Shown here in pieces: positions 61,809 through 64,000 of a stretch of DNA of 64,000 bases (the first letter of the stretch is position 1; each line of letters begins with the position of its first letter). The position numbers and the translations under genes were made by a program. Source of the DNA: Ministeria vibrans ATCC 50519. Its lineage: Eukaryota; Protista; Filasterea. Location of the stretch: assembly GCA_943704425.1 (NCBI GenBank), contig CALSCP010002362.1:1-64000 (forward strand). Direction: 5' to 3'. The notes beneath the pieces are model-generated. The model worked only from the letters and a program-made list of their open reading frames with translations. It searched no databases and was not told the DNA's origin.

Positions 61809-62231
61809 CTACTTTCCGGCGGCAGCCTTGGCCTCAAGCTTGGCCTTGAGTGCCGCAGCATCTCTGAAAAAACATATACAGTTCATCACCACTTTTCCAC
61901 CTGGCTCGTGTGTCTCGCTTCTTACCGCTCCTTCCGCTGCAGCGGGGTCAATCCCTTGTTCTTGTCTGTATCCGCCGCAGCAGTACCTTTGGATCCCTGT
62001 GCACGACAACAGAACACAGACAGTTGAGGTTAAACAGCCCATTTCACGATGACGCGTGCATCAGCATCCATGTGCCATATCAGCAGGCTCATTCTAGTGA
62101 CAGTCGCAGCTGACTGCGACGAAGAGGAACGCGGGAAGAGTGCGCAGGAAAGGAAATCGTGTTTTCTCACTTACCGCCTTCTTCTGCGCCTTTTCACGAG
62201 CAATATCACGCTGATTACCACCTGCAGCCAT
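61809..62231 (-). CDS. SERF: SERF/4F5 family small protein; 3 exons
   Basis: MAAGGNQRDIAREKAQKKA|GSKG...GLTPLQRKER|DAAALKAK. Confidence 0.88.
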
Positions 62232-62535
62232 AGAGATACGAGGGACAAGAAGAAAGAAGCGCAAGAGGGTGTGAGAGAGGCGCAAATGAATCGTTTTGAC
62301 GTACGAGCCATTGTAAGAAAGAAAATAAAGAATCTAGGGGTGTTTTGACGGTGGTCACTGGTCAAGGGACTGAAATAGAAGAGAAGATCAGGCGAATGAA
62401 GTGTTTAATCTTTAATGAAAAAACTTTTTTTTGAATTCCCAATAACTCAATTGTCATAAGTATTGGGAATTTTTGGCATTCTCTCTCTTTTCAGTGATCA
62501 GTCTTTCTTTTAGCCAGTTATTTGTGTCTACGTCA

Positions 62536-63405
62536 ATGGGTACCCTGTTTGCACGCCCTGCCGCCCCCCATGCGGGCGGCGTCAGTGTTTCTGCGCACGA
62601 CCGAGCGGTTCTCGACTTGAAAGTTCAACGCGACAAGTTGCGCAAATTTCAGAAGCAAATGGAGTCAGCATTGGAGACGGATAAGGAAATGGCCAGGCGG
62701 GCGTTGCGGGATAACAAGAAAGCCATGGTACGTGGAGAAAAAGGAGTTTTTGAAGGGAGAAAGGGGGTTTTCTCGATGTGTCGACAGTGCTCGCCAATGC
62801 AGCCCTCAAACGGCGCGACTGTCCCCTCCCCCCTCCTCCTGTGTAGGCAAAGTGTCTGCTGGCGAGAAGAAAGTACCGACAGGGTCTGCTGGAGAAGACG
62901 GAAGGGCAGATATTGGAGCTTGAAGAGATGGTATGTATGGGATGGCGGTGGAGCTGAAGTGTTGCTCGCCGTCGCCACAGAAGCCTCAACGCCTGTTTTT
63001 CGTTTGGTTCTCGTCTGACAGGTGGGCACCATTGAGTTCTCTCTTATCCAGCAAAAGGTGTTGGATGGCCTCAAGACAGGCAACGACACGCTCAAGGAGA
63101 TCCAGTCGCAAATGACTGTGGAGGACGCAGAGCGCATCATGGCCGACACACAGGATGCCAAAGACTACCTCAACGAAATCGATGCCATTCTTGCGACAAA
63201 ACTGTCCCCGGACGAAGATGCAGCCATTGTCGAGGAACTCGAGGCACTTGTTGCCGCTCAAGTCGCCGCACAGATGCCCGCAGTGCCAGCCGACGAACCT
63301 CTGCCGACCGAGCCGACGGAGGAGCAACAGGACGAAGTCGAGTCGACTCAACAACAGCAACAACGACAACAGCGGGAGGCCGAACCTGTCCTGGTGGCTG
63401 CCTGA
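62536..63405 (+). CDS. CHMP6: ESCRT-III subunit CHMP6/Vps20; 3 exons
   Basis: MGTLF myristoylation start, VSAHDRAVLDLKVQRDKLRKFQK, TIEFSLIQQKVLDGLKTGNDTLK. Confidence 0.95.
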
Positions 63406-63890
63406 GTCTATAGTTATTGTACAATTCAATTCAATTCTTTTTGATGATACGTTTTTTTTGAGCATAGCAAACTATCCAGTCTCAACAAAACGTCTGACAA
63501 AACTCACTGTAAGGCTCCAGATTACTATGTAAAATAATTTGGGTAGTAAATGGTAATTCCGTTTTTACCTACGTAACTTCACTTTCACTCAGAATATAAT
63601 ATTAATTTTACTATTTTTGAGAATAATAATTATTATTTATTCACGCAATCTTGGGCAAAGAAAATTATCGGCCAAGAGAGTAAATTCGCTTTGATTTCCC
63701 TAATTTTGCCTGACCTGCACACTCCACTGCAGTGAATGCACTGCAAAGAGACCCAAACCACTGTACTTGTTTGATAATAGCAGTTATAATAATAACTATT
63801 AATTTATTAATATTATTTTCGACACTTTCACTTTTTACTTTAATACTTTTTCCTAATAATAAATTATTTATCTTTCTTTTCTTCTTGACC

Positions 63891-64000
63891 ATGAGTAGCT
63901 TAAGATGGGGAATTCTCGCCACGGGGCGAATTTGCCAGGATTTTGTGATTGGTATGAGGAGAACATACTGCGCTGACAAGTGATGTTGACAGTGCAGCTG
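63891..64000 (+). CDS. Start of a Gfo/Idh/MocA oxidoreductase (DHDH-like); runs off the window
   Basis: MSSLRWGILATGRICQDFV followed by a gtatga donor. Confidence 0.7.

Noticed and set aside
62000-62172. Possible intronic snoRNA in SERF intron 1 (gtcgcag/ctgcgac hairpin, CTGA boxes)
   Set aside because: No convincing C box (RTGATGA) or H/ACA layout by eye; needs an Infernal/Rfam scan.

Overview
Compact, intron-containing eukaryotic DNA with GT-AG introns of about 50-400 nt, microsatellite-filled introns, short AT-rich intergenic regions and several N gaps. True tyrosine kinases with Sushi/EGF ectodomains, a single-chain ATP-citrate lyase and a T/V-type oxidosqualene cyclase suggest a unicellular holozoan (choanoflagellate or filasterean type); this assignment is inference. 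Housekeeping genes: LisH/CTLH protein, IK/RED, IMPACT-like, ACBP, ACLY, lanosterol-type OSC, NFU1, PFDN5, Spinster, mitochondrial phosphate carrier, SLX4, SERF, CHMP6 and the start of a DHDH-like gene. The main result is a candidate cell-surface recognition system with three parts. (1) An adhesion GPCR (EGF, ZU5, L-domain, GAIN, 7TM) spliced in frame to a non-RD (HCD) tyrosine kinase. (2) A giant Sushi-repeat RTK with a ZU5 domain carrying an HFS motif. Both receptors start with an amnionless-like 'W-x5-6-W-x5-PC-x-G' module. (3) Three secreted proteins starting with a cubilin-N-terminal-like motif plus coiled coil; two lie next to the GPCR-kinase and carry variable 27-aa repeats. Hypothesis: a cubam-like beta-helix docking system that couples interchangeable secreted sensor subunits to phosphotyrosine signalling. 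Domain calls are by eye from remembered family motifs; no searches were run. Exon coordinates were derived manually.
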